A stretch of 63,799 bases of DNA, counting the filler, from Folioceros fuciformis (Eukaryota): assembly GCA_049999805.1 (NCBI GenBank). It is 10 parts of 10 records of this genome, joined end to end, with 100 filler letters (N's around TTAATTAATTAA, not from the genome) between each part and the next. Parts side by side here need not be neighbours in the genome. Positions count along the whole stretch, not along the records: positions 15,779 to 24,530 come from JBNGIO010001346.1; positions 24,631 to 33,472 come from JBNGIO010001348.1; positions 33,573 to 38,737 come from JBNGIO010001349.1; 7 more parts are not named here. One strand, written 5' to 3'. Below are positions 23,872 through 37,279 of this stretch, piece by piece. The number at the start of each line of letters is the position of its first letter. The stretch's first letter is position 1. The position numbers and the translations under genes are program-made. The notes below the pieces were generated by a model that ran no database searches, was not told the DNA's origin, and saw only the letters and a program-made list of their open reading frames with translations.

Positions 23872-24530
23872 TAACATCACATTGTCGTCCAGGACAATTT
23901 TTTTGTCAGTCCAGTTTCTAGAGATTGGCATATGCGAGAAAGACAGTTACGTAGGTGAGTGAGATGTGGGTAGTGCTGGTCACCTCCAGTAGAAGGCTGA
24001 TTTGAGCCTATCGGTGGTGATGAAGCTGCTGTTGAGCACCAAAATTTTGAACATTTGCTTGGTAGAATATTTGCCGAGCTTTTTGTTGGAGGGATTGATG
24101 TAGAAGACTTGTGAGAGCAGGCCACTGCCGTTAAATGCGTGAAGGCAGACGAAGCTCCTGGAAATATCCTTGCAGATGGGCCTTGATACATATTTGTCTG
24201 TGACGACGAGACATTGATCTACCCTCGCGAACCCATGCTCCGACATTCTCGCTGGTAACAAATGCTGCATCTGGTAAAGGATGCCGTCACACCAGTGCCG
24301 TCTGGTGGTGTGCTGTGTCTGCTCTCTTCTTTCCCCGACCGTCCGTTCTCCTTCTCATCTCCGGCACGTATGTGCCAGTATGAAGGGCGTTGTCGTTGAA
24401 CAACACGGAATCTACATATGCAAAATCATTTTGAATAAGAAAATATCTGACCTGCTGTTCTGTCGGTTAAATTATTATAATTTTCCATGCATATATAAGA
24501 CAATTTTTCAGTGACACCCTTACTAAGTAT

Positions 24531-24630
24531 NNNNNNNNNNNNNNNNNNNNNNNNNNNNNNNNNNNNNNNNNNNNTTAATTAATTAANNNNNNNNNNNNNN
24601 NNNNNNNNNNNNNNNNNNNNNNNNNNNNNN
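24531..24630. other. Artificial contig-join linker
   Basis: N44-TTAATTAATTAA-N44. Confidence 0.98.
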
Positions 24631-26351
24631 GAGTGAGCATAAGTCTGTGCTCCGGCGTGATGGGGTGGATGGGACTGCAGGAGAGGAGAACTCCTCTCAT
24701 CACAATTTAGGCTTTTCCGAGGCAGCCAGACTGCATGGTGCCGAAGCTAAACAGTGGTGGTCACAGCAGTTCATGCTCCCGGAGTGGATGATCGATATTC
24801 CTCCACACCTGAAACAAGACTGGTAGGATTGTGTGTTGATTTTGCTGTCTCTTCTTCTCTCTTCGCTGATGACGACTCTTGGCTTGTTGCCGGTGGTCTC
24901 CACCTCGTAGGTATGTCGTGGCGAGACCAGCCGGCAAGCGATGCTTAGTGGTGTCAGCAAACGGCCGAACAGTCAGCAGACTTCGTAATGGTCGCATTCT
25001 TCACTCTTTTCCGTCGGCTCTCCCCAATGGGGCGAGGAATGTGGATGTTTCAGCGCCTTCTCATGTCTTCTGCATCCTTGATTGTGTGTTCTACGAGGTC
25101 AAGAGTTATCGCCTTCTACTGATTTTGGAGCTTTCAAGGCTTCACAATTACTTGCGATGTTGAAGTTGCATGCTGCAATTTCAGCCTTCTTGAGCTATTT
25201 GCTGACGTCAACCTGTTGACTTCAGCCCGACGAGACCTACTACATCCTGGACATGATGTGCTGGCGGGGCTACGCGTTCTATGACTGCACCGTCGACTTC
25301 AGATTTTTCTGGATGTCTTCCAAACTTGAAGAGACAGGTGCATGCGACCCACCAACGTCATGCCACCGATTTAGGTTCAAACAGGTCCCTGTATTTGAGT
25401 GCGATTCAGCTGGACTTCAAGCTGCGTATGCTGGTATTCTTCCGTTTAAACGGGAGGGATTAGTATTTTACAACAGGTACGGTGCTCTGTGATCTGGTAT
25501 TTATTGTGTTCTGAGCTATTCCCTCGTCTCGACCTTCCCGGTGTCGCACTGAATAGAGATGCTGCAGACATGCCCAGTATGCTTTGGGGCTCACTCCCCT
25601 TGCCCTCTCTTGGAAGGATGCCAATTGCTGTCAGTATCTCTATGACACTGATAGCAACGGCAATATTCCATCACAACAGCAGGTGTGTAAGTCCATAGAA
25701 ATTATGATCTCATTGTTTCCAAAACTCAGCATCTTAACTTGGCAGTATGTTAGTTGGTTAGTTGCACATGGCAAAAAATCTACTATGGCTACTTATCACT
25801 GTCAGGCCGTGCAGGTAGTGCTTGAGTTACAACATGATGGGACTGTTACGACGGGAGATGAACCACCTGTGGTGATTGCCTCGCTGCCCAAGGAGTTTTT
25901 AGATCAGGTGCTCAGTTCAGCTATCTGCCTTTCTATTCATTTCTATCTTGCTTACTCCCCCCGGTAGATGGTTCATTTCTACACTGATAAATTGTATTGC
26001 AGCAGAATGCGAGATTCTTGAGACCCGGGATGTTCCTTCGCTTTGCTATTGGTGATGAAGGACTGAGTGTAATTGATGGCAAACCGTGGGCAGCTCACAT
26101 AAGCTACCTAGGGCCAGCAAGTAGGCAACGGCCGTATGCTGATAGCTGCACTAAGGTACGAGCATTAGTGATGCTTCTATTGTTGAGGAACTTGTTTCCT
26201 TGTCAACTGCTCTCTGAATTGATGTTTGTAGCTTTCGACATTTTTGCAGATCATGTTTCAATACGCTGCCAGACGTGCTCCTCTGACCTTCCACGATCTC
26301 TTGGCAGCCGTGGAATCGTCAGATGCAGAGGGTGGCACGGAAATGGCTTGA
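24631..26351 (+). CDS. Snurportin-1 (m3G-cap import receptor), multi-exon, 5'-partial
   Basis: QFMLPEWMIDIP, RPAGKRCLVVSANGRTVSRLRNG, FPSALPNG, CILDCVF, YYILDMMCWRG..YDC..FRFFW, GLTPLALSWKD. Confidence 0.9.
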
Positions 26352-26630
26352 CTATTGTTGAGCCAGCACTGGTTCGAAGTTTCACGGTCTCGTGTGTTGC
26401 TGCAGTCCCGGGTCGTGGATCCGTGGGCTCGTGAAGTTGACATCGTTCCTTGGACTCGGAATGAGGAGATGGAGTGTCAAGTGAGGAATCTCAGCAGGCG
26501 GAGTTGTGGAGGTTCCCAATTGCTCCGGTTTGGAATGTGATTTTCGCGATTGTCGTGGCGTACTCTCTTGCTTTCCCCAAAGACAGAACAGAATGTGACT
26601 TTAAATAGGCGTTCTGGCTGGGACAGGACC

Positions 26631-27514
26631 CTACGATGCGTGACGATGGTAAATATCGACGGCCGGTGTTTGTACGTAGTGCATCAGGAAGCTGGCTCGC
26701 AATTCATCCTCTTTGGCACCTACATGTGAGTGGACCAGTACTCCATTTTTGAAGATCCGGAAGTTGGGCACTGATTTGACGCCCCATTTCCGCATCAACG
26801 CCTGTGCCATGTGCAGAACTTTGTCAGGATCACATTGTGCGTGATAAGACGAGCAAGTTACGAAAGGAATTTACCCGTGTGTCGTTGTTGAAATCTCCAT
26901 TGATTCTGAGGAAAATGACATCGGGATACTCGGTGCTCATCTGGACAAATGCTGGATAAACAAGTTTGCAAGGACCGCAAGTCTTGGTGGACACATCCAC
27001 AACGATCTTCACAACAAGGCGCCAACATCAATATCTGACAGCATAAGGCACAGGCAGTGACAAGTTGGCGACAAGAGTTCGAGAGGCAGGCACAACTCAC
27101 CAGCTTGTCTCCCGACTCCGCAATATACTTCTCCATGGTCTCTGCTGTTAAGTAAACAAGCAGCAGCGGCTGCTATTACACTCCAATCCATGGACGCAAC
27201 GCGGTTAGACTGTGTGCAACACAAGCGTGGGAGTTGAAGGACTCACAGTCTTCAACAGTGATGACATTGCCGTCAGTTGGTGCGTCTTCCAGGCCAGTAG
27301 CAGCGCAGCTCACAAAGCGGTCGTTCTTGCTTGAAAGCAGCTGGGCGGGGACATCCCATCGGAAGCGGAATGTACTCACACCCAGAGGCAGGGACAGAGA
27401 TAGGCGCATGGGCCGGGAGACAGTGGCGGGAGCGGTGGCAGAGCCTGCTGTGCGGGCCAGGCCATGGGGTAGCTTCAGCCTAAGCAACCCGGTGTCGAAG
27501 TGCACACAGGCCAT
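26631..27514 (-). CDS. Plastid-type thioredoxin-like protein with atypical TCGPC active site, 4 exons
   Basis: Transit-peptide-like N-terminus; IVVDVSTKTCGPCKLVYP..YPDVIFLRINGD..WGVKSVPNFRIFKNG..HVGAKEDEL. Confidence 0.85.
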
Positions 27515-28131
27515 GGGATCCAATTCCGATGGGTGAACCGACGAGGATTGGAATAGCTGGAGGAACGAGGGTCAAGGTACTGAGGACAGCGATGATGCGT
27601 ATCAGCTGCGGCTGATGACGGTATCGTACTGTACGTAAGGGTTCCCGTCCTCCCGAACATTGAATCATTTCATCCCTATCTTCTTCCCCTGCCCAATCGT
27701 TTTTTACGTTGCCAATGGGAAAAATTACTTCCAGTGTGGGGATTGGAGTCCGAGGAATCAACAATCACGGGAAAGAAGATGCGGCCATGCGATGCCAGCG
27801 AGCTAACCATGGGTTCCGTGACGACCATTCATGTCTGCGAAGTTAGCCCTTGATGGGCCGCACAATTAGCACGAACTTTACATGATGCAATGGCAAAAGA
27901 CTGGGTGTGTAACACGCGGGATCTGTGCCAGCCTGAACGCCTACTCGTGAGCGTCTCATGATTTAAGCCTTGTTTCCTGCCTCTGTGCCCCCGAAAACAG
28001 CAGTCACCGCTGACAAGGCCACAAACATCGACCGCCTTCACGCTCTAGGACAGTCTGCATTGCTAGCTTGCTACAGCGATCCAGCTCGATCCTACACCCG
28101 GGATAGATCTGCAGTTGGTCTGAATCTGGAG

Positions 28132-28723
28132 ATGGCTATACCTGTATCTCTATCGAGAATGTCGTCCACATCTAGAGATGGCATCCTGGGCACCGCATTG
28201 TTCATCGCCTTGAGCTTGTTCGCGGCCTCGCAATCGCCGGTATCTCAAGGATCGCGCATCCCGTCATCGGGTAAGTCACGACTTAGTGCGGATGTATGTG
28301 CTTTGGAATTGGTCTGGAGCTTCTCGGAGAAGCTTAACTGTTTCACGCTGACATAAATGTTTGATCGAAAATGCAGGCTTTCGTCCCGCAATCACGCCCT
28401 CAAAATTAATCCTTCTTCCACATTCAGCCTCAGGCACACCAGCCCAACTTACTTTGGTTACCGATAGAGGTGCCGCAAACGAGGCAAAAGCGTTCAACAG
28501 TTTGATAAGGTCCGTGAACCAAGCCAGACGAGTCCTGGCGGGATCGTCTCTGCCGGACTGCGCTCGCGCGTGCGGTCCCTGCATGCCCTGCAAAATCGTG
28601 ACCGTGAGCTACAGGTGTGAGGTTGGTGATAGTCAGCAGGATCTTACCAGGGATTCCGACTCTCTGGCATGTCCTTCTTCATACAGGTGCATGTGTCGGG
28701 GAAAAGCCTTCCCAGTCCCTTGA
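28132..28723 (+). CDS. EPF1: EPIDERMAL PATTERNING FACTOR precursor, EPF1/EPF2 type (exons 28132-28270, 28377-28723)
   Basis: Hydrophobic signal segment; mature peptide GSSLPDCARACGPCMPCKIVTVSYRC..ACPSSYRCMCRGKAFPVP with 8 Cys. Confidence 0.85.
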
Positions 28724-29330
28724 TCAACGAAGAATAATAGTGTCTACTTCCTTGTGCCCAGGATTCTGATCCCTCCTCTCACGAACCCAGCACATCTACA
28801 GTAAAATCGTTGCACTCCGCTTTGCACAAAACTCTTGAGAATGGTGTAGCTGTCCTCCTGAAGCAGTTGAACTTGATCATAATGTACCGTAGAGCTTCTA
28901 CTCGTTTTGCTGCACCCGATCAGTGAAGTCCATGGCATTCGTAATTTATGTGAAAGCGAGCTCGGCAATCAGCATCGCCTTGGCGCTACAGTATTTGGTT
29001 ACACTATAGGAAGCGACAGTGTCCAATCTTCATTCTGAGAACCCAATTCCCGGCGACGCTCGTAAGTGTCGCGACAAACGTCCGACTTGCGCACACTGTG
29101 ACACGTGGCAGTTGGATTCTTACATTGCAATCGCAGTACGACCGTAGCTGTATTTACGCGTACATGTGAACCCTATGTATAAAACCCCTAGATTCCGATG
29201 GAGGCTCGACTCACAAGCTCATGATCGAGCATTAGAGCTTAGCTGGTTTGTATTTGTGAGTGCAATTCTACAGACGATACAGTATGGAAGAATTTCTGGC
29301 ACCTGCGTAGCTTAATTTTCGTTTGCAAAC

Positions 29331-32300
29331 ATGTCGGTACCAGGACGCTGTGTCAGAATTGCCAGGACAGCTGCCCGGAGGCTACATCTGTATGGAAGGG
29401 ATGGCAATGCCCGGGGCCTTCTGGCAGACCGTAGGCCGGCGCCGAAGGGGATGACGTTCACAAGATTCTCAACTGCGGCCTCCGCCACGACCGAGCCTTT
29501 GGACTCGGTTGTGGCACCTTCGTCGATCAGGAATGTAGCTGTCATAGCTCACGTCGATCATGGCAAAACTACACTTCTTGACAGGATAATGAAGCAGTGT
29601 GGGGCATCCATAGCCCAGGACCGTGCTATGGACTCTATCGTCCTTGAGCGCGAACGTGGGATTACCATTGCTTCCAAGGTTCGCAAGTGTCGGTCGTCCT
29701 TTCTGAAAGTCCTCTAGTGACATGTAAACTTTGATGTGGCTAAGGTTTTTCAGCAATTCTTACGTGCAGTATACCTCCATGACATGGGAGGGTGTTGAGT
29801 TGAATGTCGTGGATACACCAGGCCATGCAGATTTTGGTGGGGAGGTGTGTGCGCCGATTGTTGATCTAGTCTTTCATGCTTAGCTTGATTATACTAGGAT
29901 CCTCCAGCATTTTTCACACGTGGTGTACCCTTCAATAGGTAGAAAGAGTTATAGGAATGGTGGAAGGTGCTGTGTTGGTGGTGGATGCTGGTGAAGGTCC
30001 ACTGGCTCAAACTAAGTTTGTGGTCGCTAAAGCGCTCAGCAGGGGTTTGCGACCTCTCCTGCTTCTCAACAAAGTGGACCGGCCTTCTGGTTTGTAGGGC
30101 ATCGTTTTTTGTCTTCTGAACATGTTTGTCCATCTCTGGCCTGGCTGGTGACCCAATTCATTCGGTAGCCAGCACTTCATGGGTATTGAAGTGTGATGAC
30201 TGCAGTGACTGTGGAGAGGTGCGAGGAAGTTGAGACCATGATTTTCGATCTTTTTGCAAGCCTCGGCGCCACAGGTACTGCACCAGATGTTCATTTGAGG
30301 TTTTTCTTTTTATGTGAAGGGCTTTGTATATCTTAATCTTAGTCTTGTCATCAGCGTGTCTCGTCATGATTGCCCTTCTTTTTACAAACGATCGGAAGGC
30401 CGGTGATCGATTTTGCGCACCTATGTTAGAGCAGCTTATGATTATCTTGAAAACTTCACACCACCAGCTGACCAACTGGTCCAGGTTGTTGTTATTCCCG
30501 CAGATGAACAGCTTGACTTCCCAGTGCTCTATGCCTCTGCGAAAGAGGGTTGGGCAGCTCACACTTTCTCAAAGGACATGACAAGGGAAAGAAGTATGGG
30601 GCCGCTGCTTGATGCCATCATCCAACATGTTCCAGCACCCGAAGGAGATTTACAATCCCCTTTTCAGATGTTGGTGTGCACCCTGAGCATCCTACATTCT
30701 TTGTTTCTTGCATAACTCAATGGATGTTAAAACATCATCACTTTTTCGCGTGCAGTTATCTAAAGGTAGGATGCATGGTTGGTTGGAACCAGGAGTGTCT
30801 TCTGCTCTTCATGCTGCCTGCTGGTGTTGCAAATAGGTGTCGATCATGGAGCGTGATCCTTATTTGGGCCGGGTAGTAACCGGGCGCATTGCCTCTGGTG
30901 TTGTGAGAGTGAACGACCGAGTCCATGGGCTTCGCATCAACAATGGTCAGACAGAAGCATTTGATGGGGGCAAGGTACGCGAGTAGTTTGGTTATGGTTG
31001 GTTTCAGGGCATGCCTGTGTTGTATGTCCTGAGGCATTCAGTGGCTGCTGGTGATATTTGTTTTTTCTTTTTTCTTGTTTTCTTTCTTTCTACTGAGAGT
31101 TTCTTGTGTTACATGGTGGGGTTGTGCTGGCAGGTGTCAAAGCTGATGAAGAGAAAGGGTACGGCTACTGTTCTGGTGGACTCAGCAGGTGCTGGCGACA
31201 TTGTCTCTTTAGCTGGCCTCAGCCAGCCCACCATCGGTCACACAATTGCCAGTATCGAGGTTAGCCCAATATTCCATAGCTAGGTTGAACAGTTTGGTGA
31301 CGTGCTGCATGTAGAGTGATTGGGGCGCGAGGGCAAAACCTCTGTTTTTGCTCAAGACCTGCTGGCATATATTGCAGATCCTAGAAGCTTTACCAGCGGG
31401 GGCTATGGATCCCCCCACAATTTCCATGACTTTTGGAGTCAATGATTCACCTCTGGGTGGTCGAGATGGCACTCATGTAAGTATCACATTATCCTTTGTG
31501 GGGTTTCGTTTTTTAACACCTTGCAGCAAGCGCATTCAAGCTCCAAGAATCAGAGCTCGTCTTTGTACTTGTGTTTCTAGAATCAAACTGCAGTCTTATG
31601 TAGGCGATTTGGTTGTAGTTGACAGGTCCAAAGATAGGGGAGAGAGTTATGGCAGAGGCTGAGAGCAACCCTTCTATTAATATCATGCAAACAGCTGGAC
31701 AGGATGCTTACGAAGTCCAGGGCCGGGGTGAACTGCAGCTTGGTAAGTGTGTAAGATGAAGCACATGTTAAGATGTAACTGTGAAGCTTGTTCGTGACTG
31801 ACCATGGTTCTGAAATAGGAATTTTGATTGAAAACATGCGAAGGGAAGGGTTTGAACTCTCTGTCTCACCGCCAGCGGTGATGTAAGTGGCCAGATTGGT
31901 TTCTGTGCACTCTTCTGAATCTGGCACTGGGATTTCGTTCTTTCGAAGTTCGCAGTTCCATTTTAACGGGATTGTAGGTACAAGAATGAAGATGGCAAGA
32001 AGTTGGAGCCGATTGAAGAAGTAATCATTGAGGTCTGTGACCTGTGCCATTACTCTATATAGTTAATTGAGCAAAAGCCTACTGATATTCTAAGAACATC
32101 GTGCTCAAGTAATGCATTGCGAGAATGTGAATTTGACTTTCTCCTTTTGTTGAGGAAAGTCTACTGACAAAACTTAGCTGTCCCTGGAAGTGGCTAATCG
32201 TGCTGTTATGGTCAATTACAGGTTAATGATGAACATGCTGGCCTGATTGTTGAGGCTTTGTCACACAGACGTGCAGAGTTGCTGGATATGGCTCCTTGTG

Positions 32301-33442
32301 CTGATACTACGGGCAGAATTCGTCTCTCCTTTACTTGCCCCTCGAGGTCTGCTTAAATTCACACGTGGGTGTTCAAGCTAACAGTAAGGAGTGAACTGAA
32401 AACTGATGTTTTTTGAACGTTGTGAATGATTTTCAGAGGGTTAGTCGGCTATCGCAGTGTCTTCAGCACTGATACGCATGGCACTGGTTTTATGCACAGA
32501 GCTTTTCTAGGTACAATTTCTGACTCCTGTTTCTGTCAATGATCCTATATTCTTCGGCATGCATTAGTCCCTCTAACTTCTTGTGTGGATTTGTGGATGT
32601 GTCCAGCTTACGGGAAGTATCGTGGTCAATTGGGTGATGTCCGAAAGGGCGTACTGGTGAGGTTCTGTAATATGGTCTTAGCTCCCCTTTAGCTGTCCAC
32701 ATGGAGACGTGAGACCATCAGTTCAGTTTGGTATCTTACTTGTTGCTTGTTGGGCTTGCAGGTGTCGATGGCCTCGGGCAAAATTACGGCACATGCGCTC
32801 ATGAGTTTAGAAGCTCGCGGCATTTTGTTCGTGGAGCCTGGAATGGAGGTCTATGTCCAGCGCGTACTGCTTTTACTGAATACGTGGCACTAAAATTTGG
32901 GCTGACAAATTGTGACCTGCGTATCCACCAGACTTATGATGGCATGATTATTGGGGAGCACACCCGAGAGAACGACCTGGAGGTAGGATTAGCTGTTTGT
33001 GGCTTCGATATAATAAAATGTAAGGGTCTCACTGAGCTTTATGTGGCCATGGTTTGAAATAGGTGAATCCTGTCCGAACTAAGCATCTCAGCAATGTTCG
33101 TGCTGCGAGCAAGGATGAGAATGTCAAACTGGTTCCTCCTCGATTGGTATATACTGATTCCCACATCGATGTCGCGGGAAATTATATTTTTGTTTACGTC
33201 CTCTGATTGCCATTGTGTCTCGTTCTGGTACAGATGTCGCTAGAAGAAGCTATCGGTTATGTCGGTGGCGACGAGCTTATAGAGGTATCTTGTTACGAAG
33301 GTCCACAGATGTATTTTTGAGGCATTGTGCTTTAGTTTTAAGACGTAAGTGCATTTCACAGGTCACTCCGAAAGCTGTACGCCTACGGAAGAAGATACTG
33401 GACACCTCGAAACGGAAGAGCGTACGTCGAACCAGAGATTGA
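29331..33442 (+). CDS. typA: TypA/BipA translational GTPase, organelle-targeted (likely mitochondrial), ~19 exons
   Basis: [84 protein letters not shown]. Confidence 0.93.
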
Positions 33443-33472
33443 AGCACCAATTCTGAGCCCGATGCACTGGGA

Positions 33473-33572
33473 NNNNNNNNNNNNNNNNNNNNNNNNNNNN
33501 NNNNNNNNNNNNNNNNTTAATTAATTAANNNNNNNNNNNNNNNNNNNNNNNNNNNNNNNNNNNNNNNNNNNN
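33473..33572. other. Artificial contig-join linker
   Basis: N44-TTAATTAATTAA-N44. Confidence 0.98.
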
Positions 33573-33720
33573 CTCCATAACCGTTCAGGCCAGCCATGCA
33601 ATCAGCCAGCCTGACGTCATACCCTGACCCCTGACACTGACATACCCCACATATTCCCGTTCCTATGTTCAAACCATTATTTTATTATTTTATTTTATTC
33701 TATTATTATTTAATCATTTA

Positions 33721-34020
33721 ATATTATATATCTTTAATTAATATTAAACTAATCACCATACCTAGACTCAAACTTTCCCAACCCTATGGCCCGGTACCGG
33801 ACCTAAACTTTCATAGGTTTGGGACCAGACCTGTACCCACTCTAATAACCAAACCAACTATTTCCTAGTCAATTAACCTCATTAGCACAAAGAAAAATAG
33901 GAAAAATGATCAGAAAATAAAGAAAAATTAGGGAAAAGAAGTAGAAAAAGAAAACCAAACCATACCACTATTAACCCTTTTTCAACCAAAACAAACTACT
34001 ACCCCAAACTTTGGAGGTTC
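33721..34020. repeat. Dispersed repeat, copy 2 (matches 1-300)
   Basis: Direct sequence comparison; homology ends where the copia pol sequence starts. Confidence 0.9.
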
Positions 34021-36521
34021 ACATCAAGCTTGAGTAAGGCGTATTGGGCAGAGGCAGTTGTGACTGCCACCTACATACTCAATAGGTTGCTTACCACAGC
34101 TGTTCCTGATTGTATACTTTTGAACGGATCTGGAAACGCAAGCCCAACTTGCTCCACCTCCGTGTGTTCGGCTCCCTTGCATATGCCTATATCCATGAGG
34201 AACAGAGGAAGAAGCTGGAAGATCGAGCTCGACCCCTTATTTTTGTTGGATATGGTGAGGAGACAAAGGCCTACAAGTTGTATGACCCCTCCACTAGATC
34301 CTCAATCTTTGCTCGGAGTGTCACTTTCCAGGAGCTCACTCAACCAGCTACGACATCTTCTCCTGCTTCTGCCCCTGCTCCTCACTTTGATGATGCGGAT
34401 TTTGATGCCCCTCCCACAGAGTATCCGCAATACCCTGCTTACGAACTGCCACCTCGCCCTCGTTTTGATCAACAGGCAGCTAGTAGTTCAGGGGGTGGAA
34501 TTTCTGCATATGTGCAGGTTCTCGTACAAGCACTTGCACCACCAACTCCTGCACCCACAGCTACAGTTGGTCGTGACCCTATTGTGGATTTTCCTGAGCA
34601 GCAGGATGCAGAACTTGAGCAGGATGCTGATCCAGAATTTGACACACAACATGTGGACATCCATCCTGATGCTCCTAACCAGCTAGAAGATGAACCTGAG
34701 CTAGCAGTCCTTCCAGAGTCTAAGATACAACCAATTGAGAAGACACTTCTTGAACCTGCAGTCGAGGAACGGAGGTATCCTACAAGGTCTCGTCCAACAC
34801 GAGACAGCTAGAACACAAGACCATATGAACCAGAGGATTTTCGTCTTCCTCGATCTACAAGGCTATGTGAAGCCTTCTCTACAAGGACTGCTCATCCAGC
34901 AGAACCTCGCACATACAGAGAAGCTATCACTGGTCAAGATAAGGCTCATTGGATAGCATCCATTCGAGATGAGTACGACTCACTAATGAAGAATGAAACA
35001 TGGGAGCTTTGCCCCCTACCTGCTAGAAGGAGAACCGTAAGCTGCAAGTGGGTTTTCAAACACAAACTCAACGCCAAAGGTGAAATAGCACGTTATAAAT
35101 CACGACTTGTTGCTCGTGGATTTTCTCAAGTAGCAGGTGTTGATTTTAATGAAACTTTTAGCCTGGTTGTGAAGACTCAATCCGGAAGCTGTTAGCCTTA
35201 GCTGCAGCTAGGGATTGGGATCTGGAACAAATGGATGTCTCCACAACTTTCCTCTGTGGTGATTTGGAGGAAGATATCTATATGGATCAGCCCGAGGGCT
35301 TCGTGAATCCTGAGCACCCAGATTGGGTATGTAAGCTTAAGAAGACCTTGTACGGGCTCAAACAGAGTGCTCGTGAGTGGTATAAACGCATAGACAAGTA
35401 TCTTTGCTCTTTAGGCTTCCTGCAGAACCCAGCAGATTCTAATGTGTACGTCTACACCAAGGGTGGTAATATAGTTGTTTTAGCTCTTTATGTAGATGAT
35501 GCCATTTTGGCGTCAAATAATCGAGAGCTGTTAGATTGGGCTAAGGGCATGCTTCATAAACAATATGATATGAAAGATATTGGCCCTCTCACTTTTGTTC
35601 TAGGCGTATCTTAGGAACAGGGAAACACGTACTTTGGTTCTTCATCAAACCAAGTATATTGAAGAGACACTTTGACATTTTAATCTTCAGTATGCTAAAC
35701 CAGTTAGTACTCCCGGATGTGTTGGTGTTAATTTTTCCACTCTTCAGTATCCTCAGGATAATTATGATCAAGAAGCCATGAGCCAGATTCCTTATCGGCA
35801 TGCTGTGGGCTGCCTCAGCTATATCAGTTGCTGGACACGACCTGACATCCAGCATTCTGTGAGTGTAGTCTCACAATATCTTGAGAATTTTGGCCAAGAA
35901 CACTGGATAGCCGTTAAACGGATTTTAAGATATCTAAAAGGGACTTCTACTTTTGGACTCTTTTTTCAAGGGCAAGACAATGACCTCACCTTGGCGGGAT
36001 ATGCTGATGCGGATTGGGCAACTGACCCAGATCAACGTAAAAGCATCTCTGCATATTGCTTCCCTCTATCTGGTGCAGCTGTCAATTGGAGTTCGAAGAA
36101 GCAGACATCTATCGCTCTTTTATCCACCAAGGCAGAATATAAGGCCCTTATGGATTCAGCCAAGTAGGCCAAATGGGAGCAAACTTTCCTTGCTGGTTTG
36201 AATTTTCCACAGGCTATTCCTACAACCATTTTCTGTGACAACATGTCAACTATAGCGTTGGTAGGGAATCCTCAGTTTCACGCGCGCACCAAACACATAG
36301 AATTGCACCATCATTTTGTTCGACATTCTGTGGAGCGCAAGGTGATCAAGATCGAGTATATATCAACAGAGCTAAACATAGCTGATATGCTTACAAAGAG
36401 CTTACCGACAAACAAGCATGTCTTCCACATGGAGGCAATGGGCCTGGTAGAGTATTCTTCTTTAGGCAAAGACTCCTCTATGGTCAAAAAGATTCTAATA
36501 GAGGGCACTCTGTTACTATAG
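34021..36521 (+). mobile_element. Degenerate Ty1/copia pol (end of integrase, RT, RNase H)
   Basis: YWAEAVVTATYILNR, LRVFGSLAY, FVGY, KWVFKHK..YKSRLVARGFSQ, LYGLKQ, YVDD, YADADWA, RTKHIE, ADMLTK; several frameshifts and stops. Confidence 0.95.
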
Positions 36522-36659
36522 CTGACAAACCATGACGCAAACTGTCCTCATAAAATGTTGGAATGAGGTAAAGTATCATATCAAGTATGTAACCTAATTC
36601 CTTGAGAAGGTGTGTGACTTCAGATGTTACTGTCAAGCTCACTGTACCCATGCCCTACA

Positions 36660-36850
36660 AAATTAGAGACCTTGCGTCTCCTAAGTGAATTTCATGCCCT
36701 TGACTGACAAGTACATGTCACAAAAAGGCTAAGAGACCTTGCGCCTCTTAGGCTATAATACATGTTCTCAATTGACCTATATGTCACAATTGAGCAAAGA
36801 GACCTTGTGTCCCCTAGGCAATAATACACGTCCTTAATTAACTTGTATGT
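36660..36850. repeat. Diverged ~66-bp tandem repeat, ~3 copies
   Basis: agagaccttg anchor at ~36666, ~36733 and ~36798. Confidence 0.7.
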
Positions 36851-37279
36851 GAGAAATGTCTTCCAATCCAAATAGATACGAGCAGTAGCTGCTATATGAA
36901 AAACACCACACTGCATGTGGTTTAACTTATGCTTTGGTGGACAGACATGTAGGTAGCAAGGAAGATGAGACGCGCTGAGCCTGGTTAGTACAAAGTGAGC
37001 CCAACTCTTCTTGACTACCACGTGAGAGAGATCAACAAAGGTGCTCTCATTGCGAGAATTAGATTATTGCTTCTTTCTTCAATCACGTTCCAAGAGTGCG
37101 GGTATTTACCACAAATGTAAACACCTAACTCGGAGTATGTTTATACGCTATAGGGTTTATACAACAGTAACAGAGTATACAAACAATTGTATACTCTGTT
37201 GTATAAACTTCTCCTGCAGGAAAGACCTCCCTGAGAGCATCCTTCTAGGAGGTAATATGGTAGTTTGGCCTTGCACCTT

